From a virus (lineage: Duplodnaviria; Caudoviricetes): a stretch of DNA of 48,167 nt. Below, piece by piece: positions 1-9,500 of this stretch. The stretch is taken from IMG/VR virus record IMGVR_UViG_3300024339_000026, positions 1 through 48,167 of that record; one strand, written 5' to 3'. The translations under genes were made by a program, and so were the position numbers. The notes under the pieces were generated by a model. That model searched no databases. It saw only the letters and a list, made by a program, of their open reading frames with translations, and was not told the origin of the DNA. How positions within the stretch are numbered: position 1 is the stretch's first letter; each line of letters begins with the position of its first letter.

Positions 1-1
1 T

Positions 2-3000
2 CTGAAGGCCACGCACTTGGAGATGAGGCAGATTCCGGGATACACGAAGAGTGATGGTACCGTGGTGAAACCTCACATGAAAAACGTGCTGGTCTCTGAT
101 GATCATGATCACGAGAAGGTTGCCTCTGGTGCTGGATCTCACTACCAGAAGAAGGCCCACAAAGTGCTCAGTAAAGAGGTTGATGGGTTCCATGATCTTT
201 CGGATGAGCACAAATCCCACCTGATCTTGCATCACGCGACCGATATGCAGCAGAAGGCTTCAGCGTCTGCCAAGGTGTCTGGGTGGAAAAAAAAGGCATC
301 CTCTGGTCAGAACCCGTCGAAGGCCGAGTGGTCTGCCTATAGTCAGTTGGATAATTCCAAGAAGCAAGCTCTACTGGACCACGTCGATGAGGCGCATGGT
401 TCTCACGATCATCTGCAGGATCCCGGTGGTCATGAGGTTTCCCCGGAGAAACAGGAGGAGCTTGGTATTTCGAATCAAAAGACAAATAACGATCAACACC
501 TTGATAACGCTATAGAAAATAGTGAATCGAACAGAAAAGAGAGTGCCCCATCATACAAGCCGGGGAATGTGGACGTTGATAGAATTGCCAAAAAGCACCT
601 AAATATTGACTCGCTGGAAACCCAGAATTCTGACGAGCTAGACTTCCATGACGTTCATGTCGGTAACTTTCACTCCGCAATGAAGGAGGCTTACGAGAAA
701 GCCTCTGGCGGCATGCCCGTTGATGAGGATAGCCTAGATGGAATTGCCTATTACATGATGGGTATCGACACGCTTACACCTCAGAATTCTGACTCGGATG
801 ATTTCCACGACATGTCGGTCTGGGGTATTGAGTCGGGGTTGAAGGCTGCAGCTAATATGGGCGCGAAGGCTAAAATGCTCGCAGCCAAGAAGGAGGGGGG
901 TAGTAGTCCAGAGCAACCCACTGAAAAACCTAGCAATAACCCAGAGAGTAAAAAATCCAGTCCACCTACAGTGGTTCAGTCGTTTGAGAATAAAGACGAT
1001 GGTGTGAGGGTCGAGGTGCAGTCCAGCGGTGACAAGTTCCACGTCCTTGTGCATAACGTGGATTCAAGGGAGACCCTGCCTACGGTCAAAAAGTTCGATT
1101 CCAAGGATGCGGCAGTGGATTACGCGAAGAATGTTTCTGCTGGCGTTCCCGGCGGGAACGGTAAAACTAAGGAATCTGCGGAATCTGTGGACAAGGATGG
1201 TTTCCTCCCTCATCCCAATATGAAGGATTGGCATGCTGCCATTTCCTCTGGTCAGGTTCCCTCGGTGGATGCGCATGCCACGGCCTTGAAGCAGTCCCAT
1301 GAAGAGGGTGGTTCTTCCCTGATGAATGATGCAATTGCTGATGTATCGAAGACAAACAGTAAAGTCTATGACCAAGTTGCGCAGGGGCACAAGCAATACA
1401 TGGCGCACTACACGTCTAAGCTGGGTGAGTTCGACTCCGCTGCTGCGGGCAACAACAAGAAGAAGGCACTAGAGAAGCTGGAGGGGTCCGATGGCTGGGA
1501 TGATCTTCTGCCTCATGAGCAGCATGAGAAGGCCCATGCCCTCTATAAAAAGCTCCAGACTGCTGCTTCAAACTCTGCCAAAATCTCTACTTGGAAGAAG
1601 AAAATCAAGGCAGGCAAGGTACCGACCGCTTCCGAGTCGGCCTTGGTGCAGAAGATGTTCGAGCAGGATTCTGAAAAGGCCAAGAAGCTCTGGAGCAGTA
1701 TCTCTGGGGTGCCGCATGAGACGGTGATGAATCTACACTCTAAGGGTCTCTCTAAAACCTCCAAATCCCCGAAGATAGTCATATCCAGCTCTGGGATTAA
1801 TAAAAATCCGGATGGCTCTTTTGCCACTCCGGGTGATGAGATGCTCTCCGGGTTCCTTGGCTCGCAGAATGGAGGGCATGATATAGAGCCTGAGAAGCCT
1901 GCCGGTGAAGAGGGTCACGGTTGGGAGTCGGACGACGATAACCCTGCATTTAAGGAACCAAAGTCTGGTGTTTCGAGTAAAGACCGAAAAAGTGAATCCA
2001 CTGACCTTGTGGATGGGTGGGTATCCGCGATTCAAAATGGAGTTGCTCCAACCAAGGCGCAGGCTCAGGCGCTCGATAATCTTGATGAAGATGCTAAACA
2101 GGACGCTAAAATGGAGGCTCTTTCGCATCATGTATCTGACCCAGAGAGTGATGCTCAGATGGATGCTGGCTATGAGAAAATAGACAAATTACACAAGCAG
2201 GGTTTGGGTGGTTCTGCCCCGAAAACGGCAGCTGATCACGTTCAAGGATGGATGGATTCGGTCAAGGATGGCAAGGCTCCCTCTAAAGCGCAGGCTGAAG
2301 CGGTTAATGCGATGGATGAGGAGTCTAAGATGGATCACTTCCACGAGGCTTACCAGCATCATGCGGATTCTCTCGGCAATGATCGTGATACCGATGATCA
2401 GATTGATGCGGCTCATGAAACCGCCATGGAAAATGTACATGGACTCCATTCTGCTGCAACGGGTGAGCACCCCTCTGGCTGGTCTACTCATGATGCGGAG
2501 GATTCTGTTTCTGCCAACAAAGAGGCAGCGGACCAAGCTGCAGCCAGCAAGTCTGCCGATAAAGCCGCTACCGACACGGCCCCCAAAGATGGGGATACCA
2601 AGAGCGAAAACGGCAAGACTTATGTTCTGCAGGGTGGGCATTGGCATCTGCAGAGCGGTGGGGATGAGGTTGATCCCTCTAAGAAGCCTTCTGAGGATGA
2701 ATTTCTTGCGCAAAAACACACCTTTCATAGCCATGTAGGGAATTCTAATAAGCAGTATTCAGTCTCTCATGTTGGCAATCATGTTCAGAAGCATTGGGGT
2801 CCGATCGGTAAGGCTGGTCAAAAAAAGGTTGTGTCATTTAACTCACCAGAGCAAGCGGCAGCTCACGCCTCGAAGATCATCCAGCTAAAGAAGAACAAAG
2901 GGTATGAGCACCAGTATGGTCCTGCCTCGGTGAAGAATTCCACTGCCAAGCCTGCCAAGGTGGTTATGTCGGAGCCTCTTCACCAATCTGATGGTACGAC

Positions 3001-4726
3001 CGATGGCTGGAAGAAGACCGGCAATCAGAAGGGTTCCAATAAGGGCGGGTTCTACAATGATAAAAATGGCGATAGCCACTATGTGAAGACCCCGAAAACG
3101 CAGAATCACGTCAAGAATGAGGTTCTCGCTGCGAAGCTATACCAGCTCGCGGGGATCCATGTACCAGAAGTGAATACAGTCACTCACGGTGGCAAGATGT
3201 CGATTGCCTCCAAGGTAATTGACGGGGTATCTCAGGAGAGTGCTCACAAGCTTGCTGGCCTGAGTGGTGCTGCTGATGGGTTTGCCGTGGATGCGTGGCT
3301 TGCCAACCATGACGCTGTTGGGATGGGAAATGACAATCTCCTCAATGACAATGGCAAAGCGGTTCGTATTGATGTGGGTGGTGCGCTCTTGTATCGCGCA
3401 CAGGGAGGCGCAAAAGAGGGGTTTGGTGATGAGGTGACAGAGCTTAAAACGATGCGTGACAGCTCTGTGAACTCCTATTCTGGTGCTGTATTTGGTCACA
3501 TGAGTGACAGCCAGATTAAAGCATCGGCTCAGAAGGTGGTCAATCTCTCAGATAAGCAGATCACCGACATGGTCATGCAGCATGGCCCCGGTGCTGTCGC
3601 TAAGAAGAAGGCATTGGCGAAAACGCTGATTGCTCGCCGGGACAATATGGCTAAGCAGCTTGGGTTGAAGGCCGCAACACCGAAACCCTCCAAGCCGAAG
3701 TTCAGTGCCGCGAAGCTCAGCAAGCCCTTATCCTTCATGAAGTGGGGCGAGACCAATAATCCCGGACCTTCCTCTTTAGAGCACATTAATCGCGCGAATC
3801 ATGACGCGGTCAAGGCTATCTATGAGGCTGCTAAATCCGGGAAGCCTGAGAAGATCCAGTCACTGAAGCAGCCTGTTCTGAATAAAGAGTCTGGGGAAGT
3901 TTCTGGAGAGAAGAACGTCCTTGAGCATCCCTCACAGCATGTTAAGGGCTTTGCCCAGCAAATGCTTAATGAGATCGATGAGCAGCTCAACCCTCCTAAA
4001 AAATTCCGTCTCGGGGATGGGGATCAGCTCAAGATCCTGCATAACTCGTACCCTATTGTTGTAGATATCAAGGGGCATATCCATAAAATCGGCAAGTACC
4101 TGAAGCTCGGTGATCCGGGTAGTTTTGATACCGCTGCATTGGGAATGAAACCGATCACCTATGAGAGCGGCAAACTCACAAGTTCCACCTATGCTGCCAA
4201 GGCGAAGGCTGCTTGGATCAAGATGCCGAAAACACAACAGGACGCAATTCGCGCCTACACCGGGAGTAGCTATGGGTCCATTAATAGCTCTCTCTGGGAA
4301 GGTAACCCGTCCGGACAGGCGCAGGCTGCAGCTCAGGCCATGCATACATTGGCACATGATATTGCACCAGGCACAATCCTGTCGCGTAAGCTCGAGTTGA
4401 GTTCTGATCTGAAGGCTCAGATGGTGAAGTCTGTTGGTAAGGTGTTGCAGGAGCCTGCCGTTGGCTCTACCTCTATTCGCCCTACGTCTTGGAGTGGTAA
4501 TGTTCATTTAAAGATGACAGTTGGTCCGGGAGTTAAGGGGTTATGGGTTGGTAAGGGATCTGCTAATGGTGGTACTATCTCCACTCATAGCAGTGAAGAC
4601 GAGATGCTATTGCCTCCCAATACCCGTATGCTGGTGCAGAAAGTGAGTGCCCCTTCCTCCGAGGATAAGGACGGATTTGGTGGTGGTGGAATAACCATCG
4701 TTGAAGTGCTAATCTTACCTACATAA
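2..4726 (+). CDS. Giant polyvalent (probably virion-packaged) protein: 2x DUF6900-like, WGR, PI3/4-kinase-like and C-terminal VIP2-type ADP-ribosyltransferase domains; 5' end probably outside the window
   Basis: Frame is open back to nt 2 (LKATHLEMRQ...). DUF6900-like: IAKKHLNIDSLETQNSDELDFHDV and IAYYMMGIDTLTPQNSDSDDFHDMSVWGI. WGR-like: HWGPIGKAGQKK...KKNKGY. Kinase-like: GSNKGG..YVK..NEVLAAKLY..DAWLANHD..DN..RIDVGG. ART: AIRAYTGSSYGSINSSL..LSR..STS..EDEMLLPPN (R-STS-ExE). Confidence 0.8.
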   Translation: MKATHLEMRQIPGYTKSDGTVVKPHMKNVLVSDDHDHEKVASGAGSHYQKKAHKVLSKEVDGFHDLSDEHKSHLILHHATDMQQKASASAKVSGWKKKASSGQNPSKAEWSAYSQLDNSKKQALLDHVDEAHGSHDHLQDPGGHEVSPEKQEELGISNQKTNNDQHLDNAIENSESNRKESAPSYKPGNVDVDRIAKKHLNIDSLETQNSDELDFHDVHVGNFHSAMKEAYEKASGGMPVDEDSLDGIAYYMMGIDTLTPQNSDSDDFHDMSVWGIESGLKAAANMGAKAKMLAAKKEGGSSPEQPTEKPSNNPESKKSSPPTVVQSFENKDDGVRVEVQSSGDKFHVLVHNVDSRETLPTVKKFDSKDAAVDYAKNVSAGVPGGNGKTKESAESVDKDGFLPHPNMKDWHAAISSGQVPSVDAHATALKQSHEEGGSSLMNDAIADVSKTNSKVYDQVAQGHKQYMAHYTSKLGEFDSAAAGNNKKKALEKLEGSDGWDDLLPHEQHEKAHALYKKLQTAASNSAKISTWKKKIKAGKVPTASESALVQKMFEQDSEKAKKLWSSISGVPHETVMNLHSKGLSKTSKSPKIVISSSGINKNPDGSFATPGDEMLSGFLGSQNGGHDIEPEKPAGEEGHGWESDDDNPAFKEPKSGVSSKDRKSESTDLVDGWVSAIQNGVAPTKAQAQALDNLDEDAKQDAKMEALSHHVSDPESDAQMDAGYEKIDKLHKQGLGGSAPKTAADHVQGWMDSVKDGKAPSKAQAEAVNAMDEESKMDHFHEAYQHHADSLGNDRDTDDQIDAAHETAMENVHGLHSAATGEHPSGWSTHDAEDSVSANKEAADQAAASKSADKAATDTAPKDGDTKSENGKTYVLQGGHWHLQSGGDEVDPSKKPSEDEFLAQKHTFHSHVGNSNKQYSVSHVGNHVQKHWGPIGKAGQKKVVSFNSPEQAAAHASKIIQLKKNKGYEHQYGPASVKNSTAKPAKVVMSEPLHQSDGTTDGWKKTGNQKGSNKGGFYNDKNGDSHYVKTPKTQNHVKNEVLAAKLYQLAGIHVPEVNTVTHGGKMSIASKVIDGVSQESAHKLAGLSGAADGFAVDAWLANHDAVGMGNDNLLNDNGKAVRIDVGGALLYRAQGGAKEGFGDEVTELKTMRDSSVNSYSGAVFGHMSDSQIKASAQKVVNLSDKQITDMVMQHGPGAVAKKKALAKTLIARRDNMAKQLGLKAATPKPSKPKFSAAKLSKPLSFMKWGETNNPGPSSLEHINRANHDAVKAIYEAAKSGKPEKIQSLKQPVLNKESGEVSGEKNVLEHPSQHVKGFAQQMLNEIDEQLNPPKKFRLGDGDQLKILHNSYPIVVDIKGHIHKIGKYLKLGDPGSFDTAALGMKPITYESGKLTSSTYAAKAKAAWIKMPKTQQDAIRAYTGSSYGSINSSLWEGNPSGQAQAAAQAMHTLAHDIAPGTILSRKLELSSDLKAQMVKSVGKVLQEPAVGSTSIRPTSWSGNVHLKMTVGPGVKGLWVGKGSANGGTISTHSSEDEMLLPPNTRMLVQKVSAPSSEDKDGFGGGGITIVEVLILPT

Positions 4727-4751
4727 AATAGTTAATAAAGGTCGCTAAGTA

Positions 4752-5261
4752 ATGAATGATAAAGGCAATATAACCAGTAAGGCTGGTTCTTCTGGCTGGC
4801 ACCTTGCGATGAAGCGTGCCCATGGTGATAAGCCGTATATTGGGGACCGTGAAGAAGTTGAAAAACTCGTTAAGGGATTCATCGGCTACATTTTTCGTCG
4901 GTACGACCGGGTTCATGATGGTGAAATGACCCAGCAGATGATGATTAGCAGTGATCAGGCTGCATGTCATGAGATGGGAGCTATATTCTCGGGCAAGAGT
5001 GATGATTACACCACGGTCGGTGATTGGAATGATGGCGGTGGACTCGCTCGCCATATGCGCCGGGAACTGAATCATACGATGGATACTGAGGTCGATGATA
5101 ATCACATGGTTGCGCAGTTCTTCGGGCTGATAGTTCATTCTGTTTACCACATCATTGGTCGGTTGGCTCAGGATGACGAGTCTGCTCATGACACAGTGAA
5201 GGAGTTGGTTGAGAATGCGACCAATATCCTATTAGGCCTGCCGGGGGAGCTACCGCAATGA
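4752..5261 (+). CDS. Hypothetical protein between the ART and NUDIX genes
   Basis: 169-aa ORF; its stop overlaps the next start (ATGA); no recognisable motif. Confidence 0.65.
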   Translation: MNDKGNITSKAGSSGWHLAMKRAHGDKPYIGDREEVEKLVKGFIGYIFRRYDRVHDGEMTQQMMISSDQAACHEMGAIFSGKSDDYTTVGDWNDGGGLARHMRRELNHTMDTEVDDNHMVAQFFGLIVHSVYHIIGRLAQDDESAHDTVKELVENATNILLGLPGELPQ

Positions 5262-6166
5262 TGATTGTTGCCAGTTCAGATTTTCTGAAATCTCAGGTCA
5301 AGGGCTATACCAAGAAGGATGGTACTGTGGTCAAGCCCTACAACAACAATGTAGGGAAGCTGATCCCCTCGAAAAAAGTCGTTGTTATGGGGAAGAAGCC
5401 GTCGAAGGGTTCCCTCTTTGGTGGCCCAAGCTCTGCTAAAACCTACGGTCATCACGGCAAAAAGTTTTCAGATATGCTCTCGGGCATGTACCCCAAGAAA
5501 AAACCGTTTCCCAAAAAGTTTCATGCTAAGCGGGGAGAAAAGGGGCAGCGTGTTGGCCTCTATGATCCGCACAAACCAACTCCAGCTACGCAATTCCATA
5601 ATCCGGGGGTGGTGACTACGGTTACTCCGGGCGATAAGCTGGGGGATATCACGCTAAATGGACTGAAGCTCTCTGGCTGGAAGGGTGCACCGACCACTGA
5701 GGAGGATTGGGCCACAGTACCGGGGCAGATAAAGCTGGATGAGAAGCCTCTGGATCTTGGTCCCGATGTGGATCCGAAGACCAGGAAGAAGGCGTATCAG
5801 AAGCGTCCCGCCAGCGGTGTTATTGTGGAGGAGGCCGATGGTCGGGTCTGGGTGATCTCTCCGACCAACAAATTTGGTGGCTACACCAACAGCTTTCCGA
5901 AGGGAGGTCAGGATGACGGCCTCTCCCTACAGGCGAACGCAATCAAGGAGTGCTTTGAGGAATCGGGCTTACAGGTCGAGATAACGGGCCTTCTGGGGGA
6001 TATCGAGCGCACCACCTCTATTGCCCGGTACTATCGTGCGAAGCGGGTAGGTGGCTCTCCTGCCGATATGGGGTGGGAGTCTCAGGCGGTGCACTTGGTG
6101 CCGAAGGATCAGCTTGCCGACTTCATGGATCAGAAGATTGACAAGGATCTAGTGGGGATGCTTTGA
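5258..6166 (+). CDS. NUDIX hydrolase with N-terminal KS-x-VKGYTKKDGTVVKP extension
   Basis: Nudix box FPKGGQDDGLSLQANAIKECFEESGL; ASGVIV strand upstream. Confidence 0.85.
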   Translation: MMIVASSDFLKSQVKGYTKKDGTVVKPYNNNVGKLIPSKKVVVMGKKPSKGSLFGGPSSAKTYGHHGKKFSDMLSGMYPKKKPFPKKFHAKRGEKGQRVGLYDPHKPTPATQFHNPGVVTTVTPGDKLGDITLNGLKLSGWKGAPTTEEDWATVPGQIKLDEKPLDLGPDVDPKTRKKAYQKRPASGVIVEEADGRVWVISPTNKFGGYTNSFPKGGQDDGLSLQANAIKECFEESGLQVEITGLLGDIERTTSIARYYRAKRVGGSPADMGWESQAVHLVPKDQLADFMDQKIDKDLVGML

Positions 6167-6219
6167 GGCATCGCTCACATTTCCCCTATAATGGGTACTC
6201 TGATTCCCTTTCTGGATGA

Positions 6220-6732
6220 GTGCAAATGAAATCGTTGATTACCAAGTGTCTTGTTCTGCTGCTCTGCGCTTTCTCCCTGCAGGCTTTTTCCACTACTGAA
6301 GAGCGTTTGCAAAATGGTCGATTATTTGTGGGCGAGAGCGTTACACAGGGCATTGCAATCGGCATGAATGCAGACTATGTTTCATCGTCGTTCAAGATGG
6401 TTTGCCATCTAGATAACTGTGTCAAAGATCCCTATTATGGCGATAATTCTGTTGGTCGCATCAACTACATCAATATCACCAAACGGGATAACAAAGTGAT
6501 CAAGGCGATCATTATATATGCCGGCAGAGTGGTGTTCGATGGCTCTACGAATCGTGAGTTTCTAGAGAAGCTTCTGGTCGATCACTTTGGAGAATCAAAA
6601 CCTCTCGGGCTACCAAATTTCAACTCATCTCACCTTTGGGAGACAGGGAAGGGGGTTGTGGTGGTACTGGAATTACCTATGACACCTGATAACAAAAATG
6701 GGTTACCTGAATTTGCTGTTGTGCTTGAATAA
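6220..6732 (+). CDS. Exported protein with signal peptide (moron-like)
   Basis: MKSLITKCLVLLLCAFSLQAFS signal-peptide-like N-terminus; TATAAT at 6187-6192 upstream. Confidence 0.6.
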   Translation: MQMKSLITKCLVLLLCAFSLQAFSTTEERLQNGRLFVGESVTQGIAIGMNADYVSSSFKMVCHLDNCVKDPYYGDNSVGRINYINITKRDNKVIKAIIIYAGRVVFDGSTNREFLEKLLVDHFGESKPLGLPNFNSSHLWETGKGVVVVLELPMTPDNKNGLPEFAVVLE

Positions 6733-6777
6733 TAGGTGGTGGTTTTTCTTAAAAAACTACACTACTCATTCAATTCG

Positions 6778-7059
6778 TTATAGTTGCGCTGCAAGAAGTG
6801 CAGAATCTTCTGGTCTGGACTCAATCCCTAAAGACTCGCTTTCTCCGTAGCATTTACTGTCTGCATCCACAAAACCAGCAGATACAGGATCTCTTAAAAC
6901 TCGTTCCCAATCACCGTGTGTATGGTTTTTGATCCCGCTAATACTTTCAGCCATTGCATCATGATTAATGGTTGCTGGGAAAGTGAATATCTCCTCCTTT
7001 CCTTCACTGTTTATCGTGCAAATGTATTTCATCTCATTCTCCATTATCTTTTCAGTCAT
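6778..7059 (-). CDS. Hypothetical phage protein
   Basis: ORF co-oriented with the leftward gene block; IFTFPATINHD..VSAGFV..CYGESESLG. Confidence 0.65.
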   Translation of the reverse strand: MTEKIMENEMKYICTINSEGKEEIFTFPATINHDAMAESISGIKNHTHGDWERVLRDPVSAGFVDADSKCYGESESLGIESRPEDSALLAAQL

Positions 7060-7081
7060 ATTAAATCCCTCTGGTGCAAAT

Positions 7082-7405
7082 CTAGCGCTCTTTCAAATGA
7101 TCGCAGGACGGCGTTTCATTCGTCACATCTCCGCATGTCTCATCCCTAAAATAACAGACTCCGCAAGTGTCGTCGCAGGTCATGTTTACAGTGTCCTCCT
7201 TGCTGCGCTTGCAGCTCTCTATAACAAGTTTTTTTAATTTGTCATATTCAGCTTGCTCCGCATCTCTGGCCTTCGCAACTTTTGAATCGTTCCAATATAT
7301 ATTGGTGCTTTTTTCGACCCGGTTCTGTTTTGCAAAAACATACTTCTTTGCGGCTTTTGCTATTTCAATACTGTTGTGCATCGGTGTAGTTTCCGTATAG
7401 TCCAC
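7082..7405 (-). CDS. Hypothetical protein (Cys-rich C-terminus)
   Basis: ORF in the leftward block; start uncertain. Confidence 0.45.
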   Translation of the reverse strand: MDYTETTPMHNSIEIAKAAKKYVFAKQNRVEKSTNIYWNDSKVAKARDAEQAEYDKLKKLVIESCKRSKEDTVNMTCDDTCGVCYFRDETCGDVTNETPSCDHLKER

Positions 7406-7416
7406 TGTTAGGCTGA

Positions 7417-7641
7417 TTACCGCCCCATCTCTTTATAAATGACAAGTTGCGCTTTTCGGTTAAAGCACATGTGGGCGGCTGGTAAATTACCTTTCCTATT
7501 GTCAGAGAAGTCAAACACTTCAACTTTGCCGTTATCAGCCTTACTGAGCTTTAGGTAAAAACGTTCTTCATATTGGAAGGTGTGACCAATATTTACATCC
7601 ATAATGCTTGTTTCATTTTCTGCTTTTACTAATACATCCAT
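7417..7641 (-). CDS. Hypothetical protein (cassette-like)
   Basis: Start MDVLVK with GGAG RBS, next to the attC-like site at 7668. Confidence 0.6.
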   Translation of the reverse strand: MDVLVKAENETSIMDVNIGHTFQYEERFYLKLSKADNGKVEVFDFSDNRKGNLPAAHMCFNRKAQLVIYKEMGR

Positions 7642-7667
7642 TTTCAATACTCCAATTATCAATCTTG

Positions 7668-7743
7668 GCCTAACAATCACATCAAAGCACTCTCTACATT
7701 CATTCGGACTCGCTACGCGAGCCGCTTATGTGGGGCGTTAGGC
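7668..7743 (+). repeat. attC-like site (76 bp)
   Basis: GCCTAAC-aatcacat-C-aaagc ... gcttatgtggggc-GTTAGGC: RYYYAAC/GTTRRRY ends and imperfect hairpin with one extrahelical base. Confidence 0.75.
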
Positions 7744-8031
7744 TGAACGCTCTTGTTCAATATCATTTGCTTTAATTCGCAGTTTTACAGAGACGGAATG
7801 TATCGCTTCGCCCTTGCCTTGCAAGACTGCTGCTTCTGCATAAAACCCATCCGCTTCAACTGATAACTCTTCTGCCAGTTCTCGCAATAGCTCGACTCTG
7901 CCTTCTATCCTTAAATCGCCCATTTTACTTTTTCTAGCTTCCTCTGTTTCGTATCCAAGGCAACCCGCCTTGTCTCTTCCTGTTCCTGGGCAACCTCCAA
8001 ACATAAAACAGCCTTTACATTCTTCTCTCAT
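7738..8031 (-). CDS. Hypothetical protein (cassette-like)
   Basis: 97 aa; TAA stop lies within the GTTAGGC box of the attC-like site. Confidence 0.6.
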   Translation of the reverse strand: MREECKGCFMFGGCPGTGRDKAGCLGYETEEARKSKMGDLRIEGRVELLRELAEELSVEADGFYAEAAVLQGKGEAIHSVSVKLRIKANDIEQERSA

Positions 8032-8091
8032 CGTCCCTCTCCTGAAAATATCTCGTTAACTGAAAACATCTTTCTACTTCTACACTTGTGG

Positions 8092-8219
8092 GCCTAACAA
8101 AACCATCAACTTGGAACGCCTACTCCGGCGTTTGCCGTGGTCTTGTAGCTTTGTTTATCTGTTCAAATCGTTCTGTTAAGTGGCTCTAAACCGCCGTCCA
8201 GTTATGGTGGGCGTTAGGC
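8092..8219 (+). repeat. attC-like site (128 bp)
   Basis: GCCTAAC-aaaaccat-C-aact-T-gga ... tccagttatggtgggc-GTTAGGC: canonical geometry with two extrahelical bases. Confidence 0.8.
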
Positions 8220-8492
8220 AGACAAAGCCTGTATCTTCTTCAGTCTTTGTTTTAACTGCAAATTCTCGCTCCTCAAGTCTCCAGTGCTTTGAGGCGGGGC
8301 CATACCTGCAAGCTGGTCAAGAGTTACATCGAGCGCTTTTGCCAGCTTCATGGCAGTTTCTAAAGACGGGTTTCTGCCTCTTGCTTCAAGCATTGAAATT
8401 GCCGAACTCGTAACTCCAGAAACTTTCGCTAAACGAGTCTGGCTCATTCCCCGCATATTTCTATAAAACGCTAGAGCAAAATCAATTTTCAT
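8214..8492 (-). CDS. XRE/Cro-C1-type HTH transcriptional regulator
   Basis: RGMSQTRLAKVSGVTSSAISMLEARGRNPSLETAMKLAKALDVTLDQL. Confidence 0.9.
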   Translation of the reverse strand: MKIDFALAFYRNMRGMSQTRLAKVSGVTSSAISMLEARGRNPSLETAMKLAKALDVTLDQLAGMAPPQSTGDLRSENLQLKQRLKKIQALSA

Positions 8493-8505
8493 ATTTATCT
8501 CCTTG

Positions 8506-8557
8506 GCCTAACAAGCATCGCGTGTGATGCGGTGAAGTCAGGTGGTTATCGTTATTT
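8506..8557 (+). repeat. Degenerate attC-like site
   Basis: GCCTAACAA ... TCGTTATTT between two ORFs; the stop of the adjacent ORF is in the GTTA box; internal pairing is poor. Confidence 0.4.
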
Positions 8558-8830
8558 CTGTGCAGCGCCCCCTCTTACAACCCGTCTCTCATAAAAGTCG
8601 CATTTCGAACACTCGTACATATTGGGCCATTTATCACCAAACGGCTCCATATCATGGTCATCATTCTGACAATAAACCTCGTAGTTATAGCTAATGCTGG
8701 TCTTGAATTTGAATGTCTTGCCGCATTCGATGCACTCCTGCTCGTGATCACTACTCTCATCATATCCATAGCCATCATCATGGTTAATTTCTTGTTCTGC
8801 TGCGCAGTAGGGGCATGTAACATCACTCAT
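8552..8830 (-). CDS. Zn-ribbon protein
   Basis: CPYC, CIEC and CSKC motifs. Confidence 0.7.
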   Translation of the reverse strand: MSDVTCPYCAAEQEINHDDGYGYDESSDHEQECIECGKTFKFKTSISYNYEVYCQNDDHDMEPFGDKWPNMYECSKCDFYERRVVRGGAAQK

Positions 8831-8876
8831 TTAATCGCTCCTCTCCGGTTACGGTTGGCGTTAGAAGGCAGAAAAC

Positions 8877-9071
8877 TCATGTGGGTCTTACAACTTTTGA
8901 GAAGTAATCACTGATTGCTTCCTGTATTAAAAGTAGCAGTGTTTCATCTACAGGTTGTCCCGTAGACTGGTGACCGTTAATCATTGTTTGAAGCTCAAGG
9001 TCTGCATAAATTTGTTTGAGTATGACCCTCTTTCTGCCACCGTCAGTTTTTATAATATTTATTGGCTCCAT
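8877..9071 (-). CDS. Hypothetical protein
   Basis: 64-aa ORF with AAGG/GGAG RBS, flanked by attC-like sequences. Confidence 0.55.
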   Translation of the reverse strand: MEPINIIKTDGGRKRVILKQIYADLELQTMINGHQSTGQPVDETLLLLIQEAISDYFSKVVRPT

Positions 9072-9093
9072 CCTTCTACTCCTTAATATCTAG

Positions 9094-9149
9094 TTCTAAC
9101 AATTAATTCAACACAGATCGCTTCGCGCCGGTTACGGCTGGCGTTAGAA
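9094..9149 (+). repeat. attC-like site (56 bp); its 3' half is duplicated at 8845-8867
   Basis: TTCTAAC-aattaatt-C-aac..cgcttcgcg..gttacggctggc-GTTAGAA; ccggttacgg(c/t)tggcgttagaag occurs at both 9128-9150 and 8845-8867. Confidence 0.7.
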
Positions 9150-9152
9150 GTA

Positions 9153-9479
9153 TCACAGTCGCATAGCTGATTCTATTAGCTCTTCAGAGCTGTTTGAGTC
9201 CATACAATCTGGGCAAACCCCTGCAATAAAACACTCTTCCGCAATATCCCCATAATCGTCTTTACATATCAGGCAAATTTTATCTTCTGGCAGAATTTCA
9301 ATTTTTAGCATAATTTTACCGTGATCAAATTCTATAAATTCTCGCCCAAAGTGCTTCATACCGTCATGCTCTCGCTTGAAGCAAGCAATGTTTGGCCCAT
9401 ACGCTCTAAAATGTAAAAATATATTTCCGGTAGCACCTATGTATCTGTTTCCTACCACAAGGTTTTTTGGTTCAATCAT
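9153..9479 (-). CDS. Hypothetical protein (C-terminal CxxC motifs)
   Basis: Likely start MIEPK after an AGGA RBS; CLIC and CPDC. Confidence 0.55.
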   Translation of the reverse strand: MIEPKNLVVGNRYIGATGNIFLHFRAYGPNIACFKREHDGMKHFGREFIEFDHGKIMLKIEILPEDKICLICKDDYGDIAEECFIAGVCPDCMDSNSSEELIESAMRL

Positions 9480-9500
9480 TCTATTATCCTCTGTAAAATC

